DNA from: Eledone cirrhosa | Lineage: Eukaryota | NCBI GenBank assembly: GCA_964016885.1 | Contig: OZ024740.1 | Span: 434,124,001 to 434,188,000, forward strand | Direction: 5' to 3' | DNA length: 64,000 bases | In this document: positions 14,307 through 27,200 of the stretch, in pieces | Numbering within the stretch: the first letter of the stretch is position 1 | Layout: every line of letters starts with the position of its first letter | Program-made: the position numbers and the translations under genes | The notes under the pieces: generated by a model | The model's input: the letters and a program-made list of their open reading frames with translations, nothing else | The model's database searches: none | Told to the model about the DNA's origin: nothing

Positions 14307-15441
14307 TACAGGATTTGTATGTCATATCTACCAGGATTGGTATGTCATATCTACCAGGTTTGGTATGTCATATCTACCAGGTTTGGTATGTCATAGCTAC
14401 CAGGTTTGGTATGTCATATCTACCAGGATTTGTATGTCATATCTACCAGGATTGGTATGTCATATATACCAGGATTGGTATGTCATATCTACCAGGATTG
14501 GTATGTCATAGCTACCAGGATTTGTATGTCATATCTACCAGGATTGGTATGTCATATCTACCAGGATTGGTATGTCATATCTACCAGGTTTGGTATGTCA
14601 TATCTACCAGGTTTGGTATGTCATATCTACCAGGGTTGGTATGTCATATCTACCAGGGTTGGTATGTCATATCTACCAGGGTTGGTATGTCATATCTACC
14701 AGGATTGGTATGTCATATCTACCAGGTTTGGTATGTCATATCTACCAGGTTTGGTATGTCATATCTACCAGGTTTGGTATGTCATATCTACCAGGGTTGG
14801 TATGTCATATCTACCAGGGTTGGTATGTCATATCTACCAGGATTTGTATGTCATATCTACCAGGATTGGTATGTCATATCTACCAGGTTTGGTATGTCAT
14901 ATCTACCAGGTTTGGTATGTCATATCTACCAGGGTTGGTATGTCATATCTACCAGGATTGGTATGTCATATATACCAGGTTTGGTATGTCATAGCTACCA
15001 GGTTTGGTATGTCATAGCTACCAGGTTTGGTATGTCATAGCTACCAGGGTTGGTATGTCATAGCTACCAGGGTTGGTATGTCATATATACCAGGATTGGT
15101 ATGTCATATATACCAGGGTTGGTATGTCATAGCTACCAGGGTTGGTATGTCATAGCTACCAGGGTTGGTATGTCATATATACCAGGATTGGTATGTCATA
15201 TATACCAGGGTTGGTATGTCATAGCTACCAGGGTTGGTATGTCATAGCTACCAGGGTTGGTATGTCATATCTACCAGGATTGGTATGTCATATATACCAG
15301 GGTTGGTATGTCATATATACCAGGGTTGGTATGTCATAGCTACCAGGGTTGGTATGTCATAGCTACCAGGGTTGGTATGTCATAGCTACCAGGGTTGGTA
15401 TGTCATATCTACCAGGGTTGGTATGACATATATACCAGGAT
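14307..15441. repeat. 23-bp minisatellite, about 49 copies
   Basis: Unit taccaggattggtatgtcatatc, with variants ggtt/gggt and atag/atat. Confidence 0.96.
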
Positions 15442-15548
15442 TACTGGATATATAGTAAGTTATACAAACTGGCAAGTTTGTGTTTGGATGAATTTAGAGT
15501 TTACATGAGAGAAACTCTATAGTTGATTACTGAAATAGGGAGGTTTAA

Positions 15549-15765
15549 CCCTTTAACATTTACATTACTCTATATATACTATTATATTTTCATGGTAAAG
15601 GCTTTACCTCACATAATATCTCACATAATATTGAAAATATGAGATTTTGATATTATTTATTTTGATAACACCTTAACATCAGTATGAGCAGCTAGTTACA
15701 ACCGGTTTGAACAGAAAGAAGTGAGATAATTCTGGCCAGATATGGCTGGTTTAAATGCTAAAGGG
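15549..15765 (+). mobile_element. piggyBac-type MITE
   Basis: TTAA|ccctttaacattta...taaatgctaaaggg|TTAA: terminal inverted repeats beginning CCCT, with a TTAA target duplication. Confidence 0.82.
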
Positions 15766-15971
15766 TTAAAGATAATTTAATAATATATTTCTAGGATATA
15801 GTTACATAAATGTTTAGCATGTATGTACAAATGACAGAGGATTAGATGTAGGAGTAACTTTGAGGGAAATAATTACAGGGACAAATGTAGTTTGTACCCA
15901 GGACCTTGTGATTGGAAAGTGAACTTTTTATTGTAATAGCATGACTGAGATAGGAACTGCATTGTGTGTGT

Positions 15972-16240
15972 CATCATCATCCTTATCACCTTTTAATGTC
16001 CGTTTTTCCAAGCTAGAATGGGTTAGACAAGTTGTCCCATTGTGAAACAAATGAGATGAACGTGTCTTACTCATACAAAACTGTTTCTGGCTTGGTCTTT
16101 ATGGCTGCCTGCCCACATTTACACGATGGACTGGGTGCTTGACCAGTGTGGACTGGGTGCTTTTTGTCATGTCACCTACATAACCACTTTACTGTGTGGA
16201 CTGGGTGCTTTCCATGTGTATGTGCACTTTAACGAGTTAC
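15972..16240 (-). mobile_element. Degenerate RTE-type 3' tail fragment
   Basis: (cat)n...aatgtccgtttttccaagctagaatgggttagac, gactgggtgcttt. Confidence 0.7.
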
Positions 16241-16307
16241 AGATGGTGATATATATCATCATCACCCATGCTTTACATCCATTCCCCATTCAAGCCACAT
16301 GGTGCTA

Positions 16308-16470
16308 TTAACCTTTTAGCATTTAAACCGGCCAGAATTCTCTCACCTCTTTCAAACCAGCTGTAACTGGTTGCTCATACTGATGTTAAGGTATTGTTCT
16401 CAAAATAAATAATATCAAAATCTCATAGATTCGATATTATGTGAGATAAAGCCTTTACCATGGGAATATG
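16308..16470 (-). mobile_element. Truncated inverted copy of the 15549-15765 MITE
   Basis: ttaaccttttagcatttaaaccggccagaattctctcac... is the reverse complement of the right part of that MITE. Confidence 0.8.
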
Positions 16471-16560
16471 ACACGCACGCACGCACGCACACACGCACAC
16501 ACACAGGTTGAACATATACAATAATCCAGGCTCTATTACTTCAATTCAACTCTGATATAA

Positions 16561-19507
16561 TGTTACATCACTATAGACTGTCCCATTGTGTTACATCACT
16601 ATAGACTGTCCCATTGTGTTACATCACTATAGACTGTCCCATTGTGTTACATCACTATAGACTGTCCCATTATGTTACATCACTATAGACTGTCCCATTG
16701 TTACATCACTATAGACTGTCTTATTGTGTTACATCATTATAGACTGTCCCATTGTGTTACATCATTATAGACTGTCCCATTGTTACATCACTATAGACTG
16801 TCTCATTGTGTTACATCACTATAGACTCTCATTGTGTTACATCACTATAGACTGTCTCATTGTGTTACATCACTATAGACTCTCATTGTGTTACATCACT
16901 ATAGACTGTCTCATTGTGTTACATCACTATAGACTCTCATTGTGTTACATCACTATAGACTGTCTCATTGTGTTACATCACTATAGACTGTCTCATTGTG
17001 TTACATCACTCTAGACTGTCTTATTGTGTTACATCACTCTAGACTGTCTTATTGTGTTACATCACTCTAGACTGTCTCATTGTGTTACATCACTCTAGAC
17101 TGTCCCATTGTGTTACATCATTATAGACTGTCCCATAGTTACATCACTATAGACTCTCATTGTGTTACATCACTATAGACTCTCATTGTGTTACATCACT
17201 CTAGACTGTCTTATTGTGTTACATCACTATAGACTGTCTCATTGTGTTACATCACTATAGACTGTCTCATTGTGTTACATCACTCTAGACTGTCTCATTG
17301 TGTTACATCACTCTAGACTGTCTCATTGTGTTACATCACTCTAGACTGTCTCATTGTGTTACATCACTCTAGACTGTCTTATTGTGTTACATCACTATAG
17401 ACTGTCTTATTGTGTTACATCACTATAGACTGTCTCATTGTGTTACATCACTCTAGACTGTCTCATTGTTACATCACTATAGACTGTCTCATTGTGTTAC
17501 ATCACTATAGACTGTCTCATTGTGTTACATCACTATAGACTGTCTCATTGTGTTACATCACTATAGACTGTCTCATTGTGTTACATCACTATAGACTGTC
17601 TTATTGTGTTACATCACTATAGACTGTCTTATTGTGTTACATCACTATATACTGTCCCATTGTGTTACATCATTATAGACTGTCCCATTGTTACATCACT
17701 ATAGACTGCCTTATTGTGTTACATCACTATAGACTGTCTCATTGTTACATCACTATAGACTGTCCCATTGTGTTACATCACTATAGACTGTCCCATTATG
17801 TTACATCACTATAGACTGTCCCATTGTTACATCACTATAGACTGCCTTATTGTGTTACATCACTATAGACTGTCCCATTGTGTTACATCACTATAGACTG
17901 TCTCATTGTTACATCACTATAGACTGTCCCATTGTGTTACATCACTATAGACTGTCCCATTATGTTACATCACTATAGACTGTCCCATTGTTACATCACT
18001 ATAGACTGTCTTATTGTGTTACATCATTATAGACTGTCCCATTGTGTTACATCATTATAGACTGTCCCATTGTTACATCACTATAGACTGTCTCATTGTG
18101 TTACATCACTATAGACTGTCTCATTGTGTTACATCACTCTAGACTGTCTCATTGTTACATCACTATAGACTGTCTTATTGTGTTACATCACTCTAGACTG
18201 TCTTATTGTGTTACATCACTATAGACTGTCTCATTGTGTTACATCACTATAGACTGTCTCATTGTGTTACATCACTCTAGACTGTCTCATTGTGTTACAT
18301 CACTCTAGACTGTCTTATTGTGTTACATCACTCTAGACCGTCTCATTGTGTTACATCACTATAGACTGTCTCATTGTGTTACATCACTATAGACTGTCTT
18401 ATTGTGTTACATCACTATAGACTGTCTTATTGTGTTACATCACTATAGACTGTCTCATTGTGTTACATCACTATAGACTGTCTTATTGTGTTACATCACT
18501 ATAGACTGTCTTATTGTGTTACATCACTATAGACTGTCTCATTGTGTTACATCACTATAGACTGTCTTATTGTGTTACATCACTATAGACTGTCTCATTG
18601 TGTTACATCACTATAGACTGTCTTATTGTGTTACATCACTATAGACTGTCTTATTGTGTTACATCACTATAGACTGTCTCATTGTGTTACATCACTCTAG
18701 ACTGTCTCATTGTGTTACATCACTCTAGACTGTCTCATTGTGTTACATCACTCTAGACTGTCTCATTGTGTTACATCACTCTAGACTGTCTCATTGTGTT
18801 ACATCACTCTAGACTGTCTCATTGTGTTACATCACTCTAGACTGTCTCATTGTGTTACATCACTCTAGACTGTCTCATTGTGTTACATCACTCTAGACTG
18901 TCTCATTGTGTTACATCACTCTAGACTGTCTCATTGTGTTACATCACTCTAGACTGTCTCATTGTGTTACATCACTATAGACTGTCTCATTGTGTTACAT
19001 CACTATAGACTGTCTCATTGTGTTACATCACTATAGACTGTCTCATTGTGTTACATCACTATAGACTGTCTCATTGTGTTACATCACTATAGACTGTCCC
19101 ATTGTGTTACATCACTATAGACTGTCCCATTGTGTTACATCACTATAGACTGTCCCATTGTTACACCACTCTAGACTGTCCCATTGTGTTACATCACTAT
19201 AGACTGTCCCATTGTGTTACATCACTATAGACTGTCCCATTGTTACATCACTATAGACTGTCCCATTGTTACATCACTATAGACTGTCCCATTGTTACAT
19301 CACTATAGACTCTCATTGTGTTACATCTCTATAGAATGTCCCATTGTGTTACATCACTATAGACTCTCATTGTTACATCACTATAGACTGTCTCATTGTG
19401 TTACATCGCTATAGACTGTCTCATTGTGTTACATCGCTATAGACTGTCTCATTGTGTTACATCACTATAGACTGTCTTATTGTGTTACATCACTATAGAC
19501 TGTCCCA
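16561..19507. repeat. 28-bp minisatellite (with 26-bp variants), about 105 copies
   Basis: Unit ttacatcactatagactgtcccattgtg; period 28 (16563, 16591, 16619). Confidence 0.97.
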
Positions 19508-20029
19508 CTATGTTTAGTGTGTACCACATTCCTCAACAGAAACATTGATTCCCTTCCTGCCATATTCCATTCCACTTTGTCCTTACAATGTTGAAGACTG
19601 AAATTATTGTTGTTTTAAAACCAGAAACTGTCGACATTGTCAAGTGAGAGGAGTCAACTGTCTCAACCGATATAGACATTGTCAAGTGAGAGGAGTCAAC
19701 TGTCTCAACCAATCAATATACTTCCTTCAACTATAAACATAATATATTTCTTTCTCTACTTCTCTCAGTTTTACTTCATGTTGATCCCAGATCAATACCA
19801 CTCTCACTAATAATGATTTTGTGGCATCACTTTATTGTAGCGCTAAATGACCAACAGCTGTTGCCGTTATCATATCGAAGCACTGTCAAAATATATGTTG
19901 GATCCATTGATAATCTAATCTGATGTTGATTCTGATGATGATGCCACCCAAGCTAGATCTAGGGATTGAGTTGTTTTTATTTTTTATTTAGAAAGAAAGG
20001 TTTTATACTGAATGTTGCATGGTTGGAAT

Positions 20030-20225
20030 GAAAAGTAATGCTGCGAAAACTGAGACACTCTTTCTCTCAAGGAAGCCTGCATAGTGCACTCTACATGGAG
20101 TTCCACTGAAGCTGGTGGAGAAGTTCAAGTATCTCGGAGCTGTGTTCACGAGTGATGGAGGCAGGAGGCTGAATTAAGTACAAGAATTGCAGGAGCTGGT
20201 GCAGTAATGCACCAGCTTCAGTAAT
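20030..20225 (+). mobile_element. Old RTE reverse-transcriptase fragment
   Basis: KTETLFLSRKP...LKLVEKFKYLGAVFTSDG (RT motif D-E region). Confidence 0.7.
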
Positions 20226-20829
20226 CAGAAGGTAACTTCACTCCTTCATAATCAGCCTAGGAACTTTTCATGCTTAGAACTTTTCAGTTGACCTTTGTAA
20301 AATGTCAGCCTGAAATAATTACTGGTATTAACTAAAACCTCTTGACGGCCTCACTATGGCAACAGAGATCTGACTGAAATGTTATTAATATAGTCTATAT
20401 ATTAGCTTTTATCACAATGGAAGGTGGAGAACTTTACACATGAGACTACATATGGAAACTTATATCTCATTCTCTAAACTCTGTTGGCTTTTATTTTATT
20501 ATTTGTTGTTTATTTTTAATTAGATTAACTACTTTAAAGTTGACATTCTCCCCCTTATTGTTATTATGCAGAATTAGTAGAGCGTTGGACTAAATACTTT
20601 ACAGTATTTAGTTACAATTTTCTATGTTTTGAGGTCAAATTTGCCTTTATTCTTCCTGGGGCAGATATAATAAAATACCAGTGAAATACTGGGGTCAAGT
20701 TAATCGACCCCCCCCCCCTCTTTACATTGTTAGCCTTGTGCCTATAGTAGAAATAATAATTATTATTATTATTAATAGGAATATTAGGCATGTGAAGGGG
20801 ATGGGGAAAAGTAGATAAAAGAAAGTTTT

Positions 20830-21140
20830 GATGAGGGGGGCGTGAGAGGGGAAGTGAGAAAGAGAATTATGTTGGGAGAAGTGAAAAAGAGAAAATAGTG
20901 TTGATGGGAGGGGGAGTGGGAAGAGTGAGTGAGAGAGACAGAGGGTGGGAGTGGGAGAGAGTGGGGAGTGAGACAGAGGGAGAGAGTGGGGAGTGAGAGA
21001 GAGAGACAGAGGGTGGGGAGTGGGAGAGAGTGGGGAGTGAGAGAGACAGAGGGTAGGGAGTGGGAAGTGAGAGTGAGAGTGGGAGACAGAGGGAGAGAGT
21101 GGGAAGTGAGAGAAGAAAGCCTAGTGACTGAGAGAGAACA
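20830..21140. repeat. Purine-rich (GA/GGGAGT) low-complexity tract
   Basis: Direct reading of the sequence. Confidence 0.85.
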
Positions 21141-21229
21141 CTACCCATAGACAATCAAATGTACACTGACATACAAAGACACGTGTGTGATATATTGAGA
21201 ACTACAGCTAGTGATATTATTGGTTAATG

Positions 21230-21505
21230 TAAGTGGCCTAGTGGTAAAGGTGTTGGACTTACGATCATGATGTCGTGGGTTCAATTCCTGGACTGGGTTG
21301 TGTGTTGTGTTCTTGAGCAAAGCACTTCATTTCACATTGCTCCAGTATACTCAGCTGAAAATGAGTACCAGTAATAACTGGGGGTTTAACCCTCTAATGG
21401 ACTGGTGTCCTGTCCAGGGGGAGTCTTGTACTCTCAGCCACTTCAGGCCACAGAAACCGGGGTAAACACCGGCCTGATGAGTCTCCGGGTTTGAGACAAA
21501 CTTTA
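21230..21505 (+). mobile_element. tRNA-derived SINE (second family, non-RTE tail)
   Basis: A box tggcctagtgg, B box gggttcaattcc, ctcagctgaaaatgagtacc, atggactggtgtcctgtccagggg, gaaaccgg...ccggcctgatgag tail. Confidence 0.85.
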
Positions 21506-21789
21506 TGCTGGTGGGTGTGGGTGTAAGGAGAGGAAGATAAGGATGTGGTTTTTTTTTTTATATTTAATTTTCTTTTTAATTGTTAATTATTTAATTCATG
21601 TTATTTTGTAGAATTAATTGTCATCTGATGAACCTTTTACAAATAATTCAGTTTCCACTTAGTTGAAATTTACTAAGTTATATACACAAACAAGATGACA
21701 AACACCATCTGCTTAGCAAGTGGGGGGGAAGATGTCAAATTGGACCAAAGAAACAGTTTCCATTGGTCTTTCCAAATACTGATATTATC

Positions 21790-21925
21790 CACTGGTTACA
21801 ACTCCTGGCAGCTAGAGCAATGTGAGATAAAGTGTCTTGCTCAAGGATATAACACATTGCCCGGTCTGGGAATTGAACTCACAACCTCACGATTGTGAAT
21901 CCAATTCCCTAACCACTAAGCCATG
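21790..21925 (-). mobile_element. tRNA-derived SINE head
   Basis: Minus strand atggcttagtggttagg...gtgagttcaattccc...cttgagcaagacac. Confidence 0.78.
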
Positions 21926-22019
21926 ACAACAAAACACTGAAACATTTAATAAGATAAAGATTTAGTATTTGTGCCAACCCTTATCATGAATCTTGGGTAA
22001 TGACTGAAGATTAATATCA

Positions 22020-22365
22020 TAAATACAAGTGACTGAAGTGGGGTTCCTCCTCCGAAGGGTCTGTGGAGTAATGGTACTCAATAGAGGGCATAGCTCGGTG
22101 ATGAGAGAGTCACTCCAAGTAGAGCCACTACTTCTCTCTCCAATACTGTAGAGGACATGTGGTTAGAATGTCTTAGAAAAGAATCACTGGACAGATTTTA
22201 GGAGTAAAACCAACTGGCAGGAAACCCTGGGGCTGACCCCGAGCAAGATGGTTAGATAACATCCATGAGCTTGGTTGGTCTCACTTGGTTGGTCTCACTT
22301 GGAAGGACTGTTTGAAGACTTTATCCCTACAATCCTCTCAGTAATATATGGGTGAAGAAGAAGAA
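22020..22365 (+). mobile_element. Old RTE LINE 3' fragment
   Basis: G*PRARWLDNIHELGWSHL; related to 13750-14050. Confidence 0.65.
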
Positions 22366-22388
22366 ACCTTTGTACTCAAATATTTTTC

Positions 22389-22884
22389 TACATAGCTATA
22401 ATGTCGAAGTACCATCCCCACCCTGATACATAGCTATAATGTCGAAGTACCATCCCCACCCTGATACATAGCTATAATGTTGAAGTACCATCCCCACCCT
22501 GATACATAGCTATAATGTTGAAGTACTATCCCCACCCTGATACATAGCTATAATGTTGAAGTACCATCCCCACCCTGATACATAGCTATAATGTTGAAGT
22601 ACCATCCCCACCCTGATACATAGCTATAATGTCGAAGTACCATCCCCACCCTGATACATAGCTATAATGTCGAAGTACTATCCCCACCCTGATACATAGC
22701 TATAATGTCGAAGTACCATCCCCACCCTGATACATAGCTATAATGTCGAAGTACTATCCCCATCCTGATACATAGCTATAATGTCGAAGTACCATCCCCA
22801 CCCTGATACATAGCTATAATGTCGAAGTACCATCCCCATCCTGATACATAGCTATAATGTCGAAGTACCATCCCCACCCTGATA
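22389..22884. repeat. 38-bp minisatellite, 13 copies
   Basis: Unit tacatagctataatgtcgaagtaccatccccaccctga. Confidence 0.95.
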
Positions 22885-23049
22885 AAGCAGACCTATGAAC
22901 ACATTTCTAACCATCACTGTCTCCTCCTGACAATGTATCTTTCCTTTCTGTCACATCAAGTGACTTTCTTCACCACTTCTAAATGCTTGTCAAGGAATTT
23001 TCAAGGGGAAAATATAATACAAAGATGGTTTTGTGTTACGTTCCTTTAA

Positions 23050-23257
23050 CCCTTTCATTACCATATTTCTAATGAAATACTATTTAATTCAGAATCTGGG
23101 AAGAATTTAGTAAAATTATTTCATTAAGATGCTATTTGTAACATAACATGTTATATAAAATTATGCTGGAATGGTTTTAATTTAAGTAGGAACCATTTAA
23201 AATGGTTTTAGTTCATAGAATTAGTAGCAGTTTGGGGATAGGTTGGTATAAAAAGGG
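23050..23257 (+). mobile_element. Degenerate piggyBac-type MITE (second family)
   Basis: TTAA|ccctttcattacc...ggtataaaaaggg|TCAA. Confidence 0.6.
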
Positions 23258-23344
23258 TCAAGTGTATTGGTACCTATTTTTTAGGGGCTTATTAAAAATT
23301 GTATTTTTCAACTGTAAATGTTGGAACAAATTCCAAATATATAG

Positions 23345-23590
23345 GTGTCACGACAAAAAAAACACAATCCACGCTGTAATGTGGTCGCGTAAGTAACATG
23401 GTAAAAGGTTCCCAGTCCACACTGTAAATGTGGTTGGTGTTAGGAAGGACATCCAGCTGTAGAAAACCTGCCAGATAGTCCTATACAAGCAAGACATGGT
23501 CACCCGACCAATCTTGCCTCAAATGGGACAACTCCCGTCTAACCCATGCTAGCGCGGAAGATAGACGTTAAACGATAATGATGATGATAA
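23345..23590 (+). mobile_element. RTE-type 3' UTR/tail fragment
   Basis: ggttggtgttaggaaggacatccagc...aacccatgctagcgcggaagatagacgttaaacgataatgatgatg. Confidence 0.8.
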
Positions 23591-23748
23591 GAAACAATTG
23601 GATAAAGGGCAATATTATTTTTCATCAACATTTCTGTATACACACACGTGTGTGTGTGTGTGTGTGTAAAAGCAAAGAAGGTGTGTTAAGATACCAGGTG
23701 GACCATAACGCACCAGAGTACTCGATACTTTGGGTAGTAGAGTGGGTA

Positions 23749-23876
23749 ATAGGAAAAGAGTCAGGACCCCAACGGCTGAGCTCCGGCCATTTCGACAGCT
23801 AGTTCAGAACTCTGAGTTCAGATCTAGCTGGCGAAACGGCCAGAGTTCAGCCGTCGGGTCCTGACTCTTTTCCTAT
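23749..23876. mobile_element. 128-bp fold-back palindrome (hairpin MITE candidate)
   Basis: ataggaaaagagtcaggaccc...gggtcctgactcttttcctat; pairing continues imperfectly to the centre gaactc-t-gagttc. Confidence 0.7.
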
Positions 23877-23899
23877 ATATATATATATATATATATAAT

Positions 23900-24070
23900 A
23901 GGGAGGGGAAGTCGGTTATATTGGCCCCAGTATTTGACTGGTACTTTATTTTATTAACCTCAGAAAGACAAAAGGCAACGTTGATCTCAGCAAGACTTGA
24001 ACTTAGAATGTAAAGAATCGTAACTAAGTGTTGCAAAATACTTTGTTTGACACTCTACCAATTCACCAGC
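23900..24070 (-). mobile_element. tRNA-derived SINE (third family)
   Basis: gactggtactttattttatt...aaaggcaa...ttgaact..gaatgtaaag; homologous to 37050-37265 and 53180-53330. Confidence 0.7.
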
Positions 24071-24261
24071 CTCTAAGGCAAGATCAACCTCAGTGGCCTT
24101 TGAACAAATAAAGATTTCTAATTTCAGCAGTAGGCCATCCATTAGTGGGGAGGGCAAAGCTGATTACATCGACTCCAGAAAGATGAAAGCCAATGTTAGC
24201 CTCAGCAAGATTTGAACTCAGAATCTAAAGAGCTGCAACAAATTTGTCCATCTTGCAAAGC

Positions 24262-27200
24262 CTGTCACAGACACTGTCACATATACTGTCACAGATACTG
24301 TCACAGACACTGTCACAGACACTGGCAATGGCACTCTCACAAGACACTGTCACAGATACTGTCACAGACACTGTCACAGACACTGTCACAGATACTGTCA
24401 CAGATACTGTCACAGACACTGGCAATGGCACCCTCACAAGACACTGTCACAGATACTGTCACACACTGGCAATGGCACCCTCACAAGACACTGTCACAGA
24501 TACTGTCACACACTGGCAATGGCACTCTCACAAGACACTGTCACAGATACTGTCAGAGACACTGTCACAGACACTGTCACAGATACTGTCACAGACACTG
24601 TCACAGATACTGTCACAGACACTGGCAATGGCACTCTCACAAGACACTATCACAGACACTGTCAGACACTGTCACAGATACTGTCACAGACACTGTCACA
24701 GACACTATCACAGACAGTCACAGACACTGTCACAGACACTGTCACAGATACTGTCACAGACACTGTCACAGACAGTCACAGACACTGTCACAGACACTGT
24801 CACAGATACTGTCACAGACACTGTCACAGATGCTGTCAGAGATACTGTCACAGACACTGGCAATGGCACTCTCACAAGACACTGTCACAGACACTAGCAA
24901 TAGCACTCTCACAAGACACTGTCACAGACACTAGCAATGGCACTCTCACAAGACACTGGCAATGGCACTCTCACAAGACACTGGCAATGGCACTCTCACA
25001 AGACACTGTCACAGACACTGGCAATGGCACTCTCACAAGACACTGTCACAGACACTGACAATGGCACTCTCACAAGACACTGTCACAGACACTAGCAATG
25101 GCAGTCTCACAAGACACTGACAATGGCACTCTCACAAGACACTGTCACAGAGACTAGCAATGGCACTCTCACAAGACACTGTCACAGACACTGACAATGG
25201 CAGTCTCACAAGACACTCACAGACACTGACAATGGCACTCTCACAAGACACTGACAATGGCACTCTCACAAGACACTGTCACAGACACTGACAATGGCCC
25301 TCTCACAAGACACTCACAGACACTGACAATGGCACTCTCACAAGACACTGTCACAGACACTAGCAATGGCACTCTCACAAGACACTGTCACAGACACTGG
25401 CAATGGCACTCTCACAAGACACTGTCACAGACACTGGCAATGGCACTCTCACAAGACACTGTCACAGACACTGACAATGGCACTCTCACAAGACACTGTC
25501 ACAGACACTGACAATGGCACTCTCACAAGACACTGTCACAGACACTGACAATGGCACTCTCACAAGACACTGTCACAGACACTAGCAATGGCACTCTCAC
25601 AAGACACTGTCACAGACACTGACAATGGCACTCTCACAAGACACTGTCACAGACACTGGCAATGGCACTCTCACAAGACACTGTCACAGACACTGACAAT
25701 GGCACTCTCACAAGACACTGTCACAGACACTGGCAATGGCACTCTCACAAGACACTGTCACAGACACTGGTAATGGCACTCTCACAAGACACTGTCACAG
25801 ACACTGACAATGGCACTCTCACAAGACACTGCCACAGACACTGACAATGGCACTCTCACAAGACACTGCCACAGACACTGGCAATGGCAGTCTCACAAGA
25901 CACTGTCACAGACACTAGCAATGGCACTCTCACAAGACACTGCCACAGACACTGGCAATGGCACTCTCACAAGACACTGCCACAGACACTGGCAATGGCA
26001 GTCTCACAAGACACTGTCACAGACACTGGCAATGGCACTCTCACAAGACACTGCCACAGACACTGACAATGGCACTCTCACAAGACACTGCCACAGACAC
26101 TGGCAATGGCACTCTCACAAGACACTGTCACAGACACTGGCAATGGCACTCTCACAAGACACTGCCACAGACACTGGCAATGGCAGTCTCACAAGGCACT
26201 GCCACAGACACTGGCAATGGCACTCTCACAAGACACTGTCACAGACACTGGCAATGGCACTCTCACAAGACACTGCCACAGACACTGGCAATGGCAGTCT
26301 CACAAGGCACTGCCACAGACACTGACAATGGCACTCTCACAAGACACTGTCACAGACACTGACAATGGCACTCTCACAAGACACTGTCACAGACACTGAC
26401 AATGGCACTCTCACAAGACACTGTCACAGACACTAGCAATGGCAGTCTCACAAGGCACTGCCACAGACACTGACAATGGCACTCTCACAAGACACTGTCA
26501 CAGACACTGACAATGGCACTCTCACAAGACACTGTCACAGACACTGACAATGGCACTCTCACAAGACACTGTCACAGACACTAGCAATGGCACTCTCACA
26601 AGACACTGTCACAGACACTGACAATAGCACTCTCACAAGACACTGTCACAGACACTGACAATGGCACTCTCACAAGACACTGTCACAGACACTAGCAATG
26701 GCACTCTCACAAGACACTGTCACAGACACTGACAATGGCACTCTCACAAGACACTGTCACAGACACTGACAATGGCACTCTCACAAGACACTGTCACAGA
26801 CACTAGCAATGGCACTCTCACAAGACACTGTCACAGACACTAGCAATGGCACTCTCACAAGACACTGTCAATGGCACTCTCACAAGACACTCTCACAAGA
26901 CACTGTCAATGGCACTCTCACAAGACACTGTCACAGACACTGACAATGGCACTCTCACAAGACACTGTCACAGACACTGACAATGGCACTCTCACAAGAC
27001 ACTGTCACAGACACTAGCAATGGCACTCTCACAAGACACTGTCACAGACACTGACAATGGCACTCTCACAAGACACTGTCACAGACACTGGCAATGGCAC
27101 TCTCACAAGACACTGTCACAGACACTGGCAATGGCACTCTCACAAGACACTGTCACAGACACTGACAATGGCACTCTCACAAGACACTGTCACAGACACT

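Noticed and set aside
19633-19710. Two-copy 42-bp duplication (similar small duplication at 30935-31020)
   Set aside because: Ordinary local tandem duplication with no further structure
21450-21505. CTGATGA-gtctc..gagac-AAAC in a SINE tail resembling a hammerhead core
   Set aside because: Lacks the G of GAAA and has no stem III or cleavage triplet; the stem is not conserved in the sister copies at 35065-35100 and 58150-58180. Better explained as a LINE-type 3' stem-loop.
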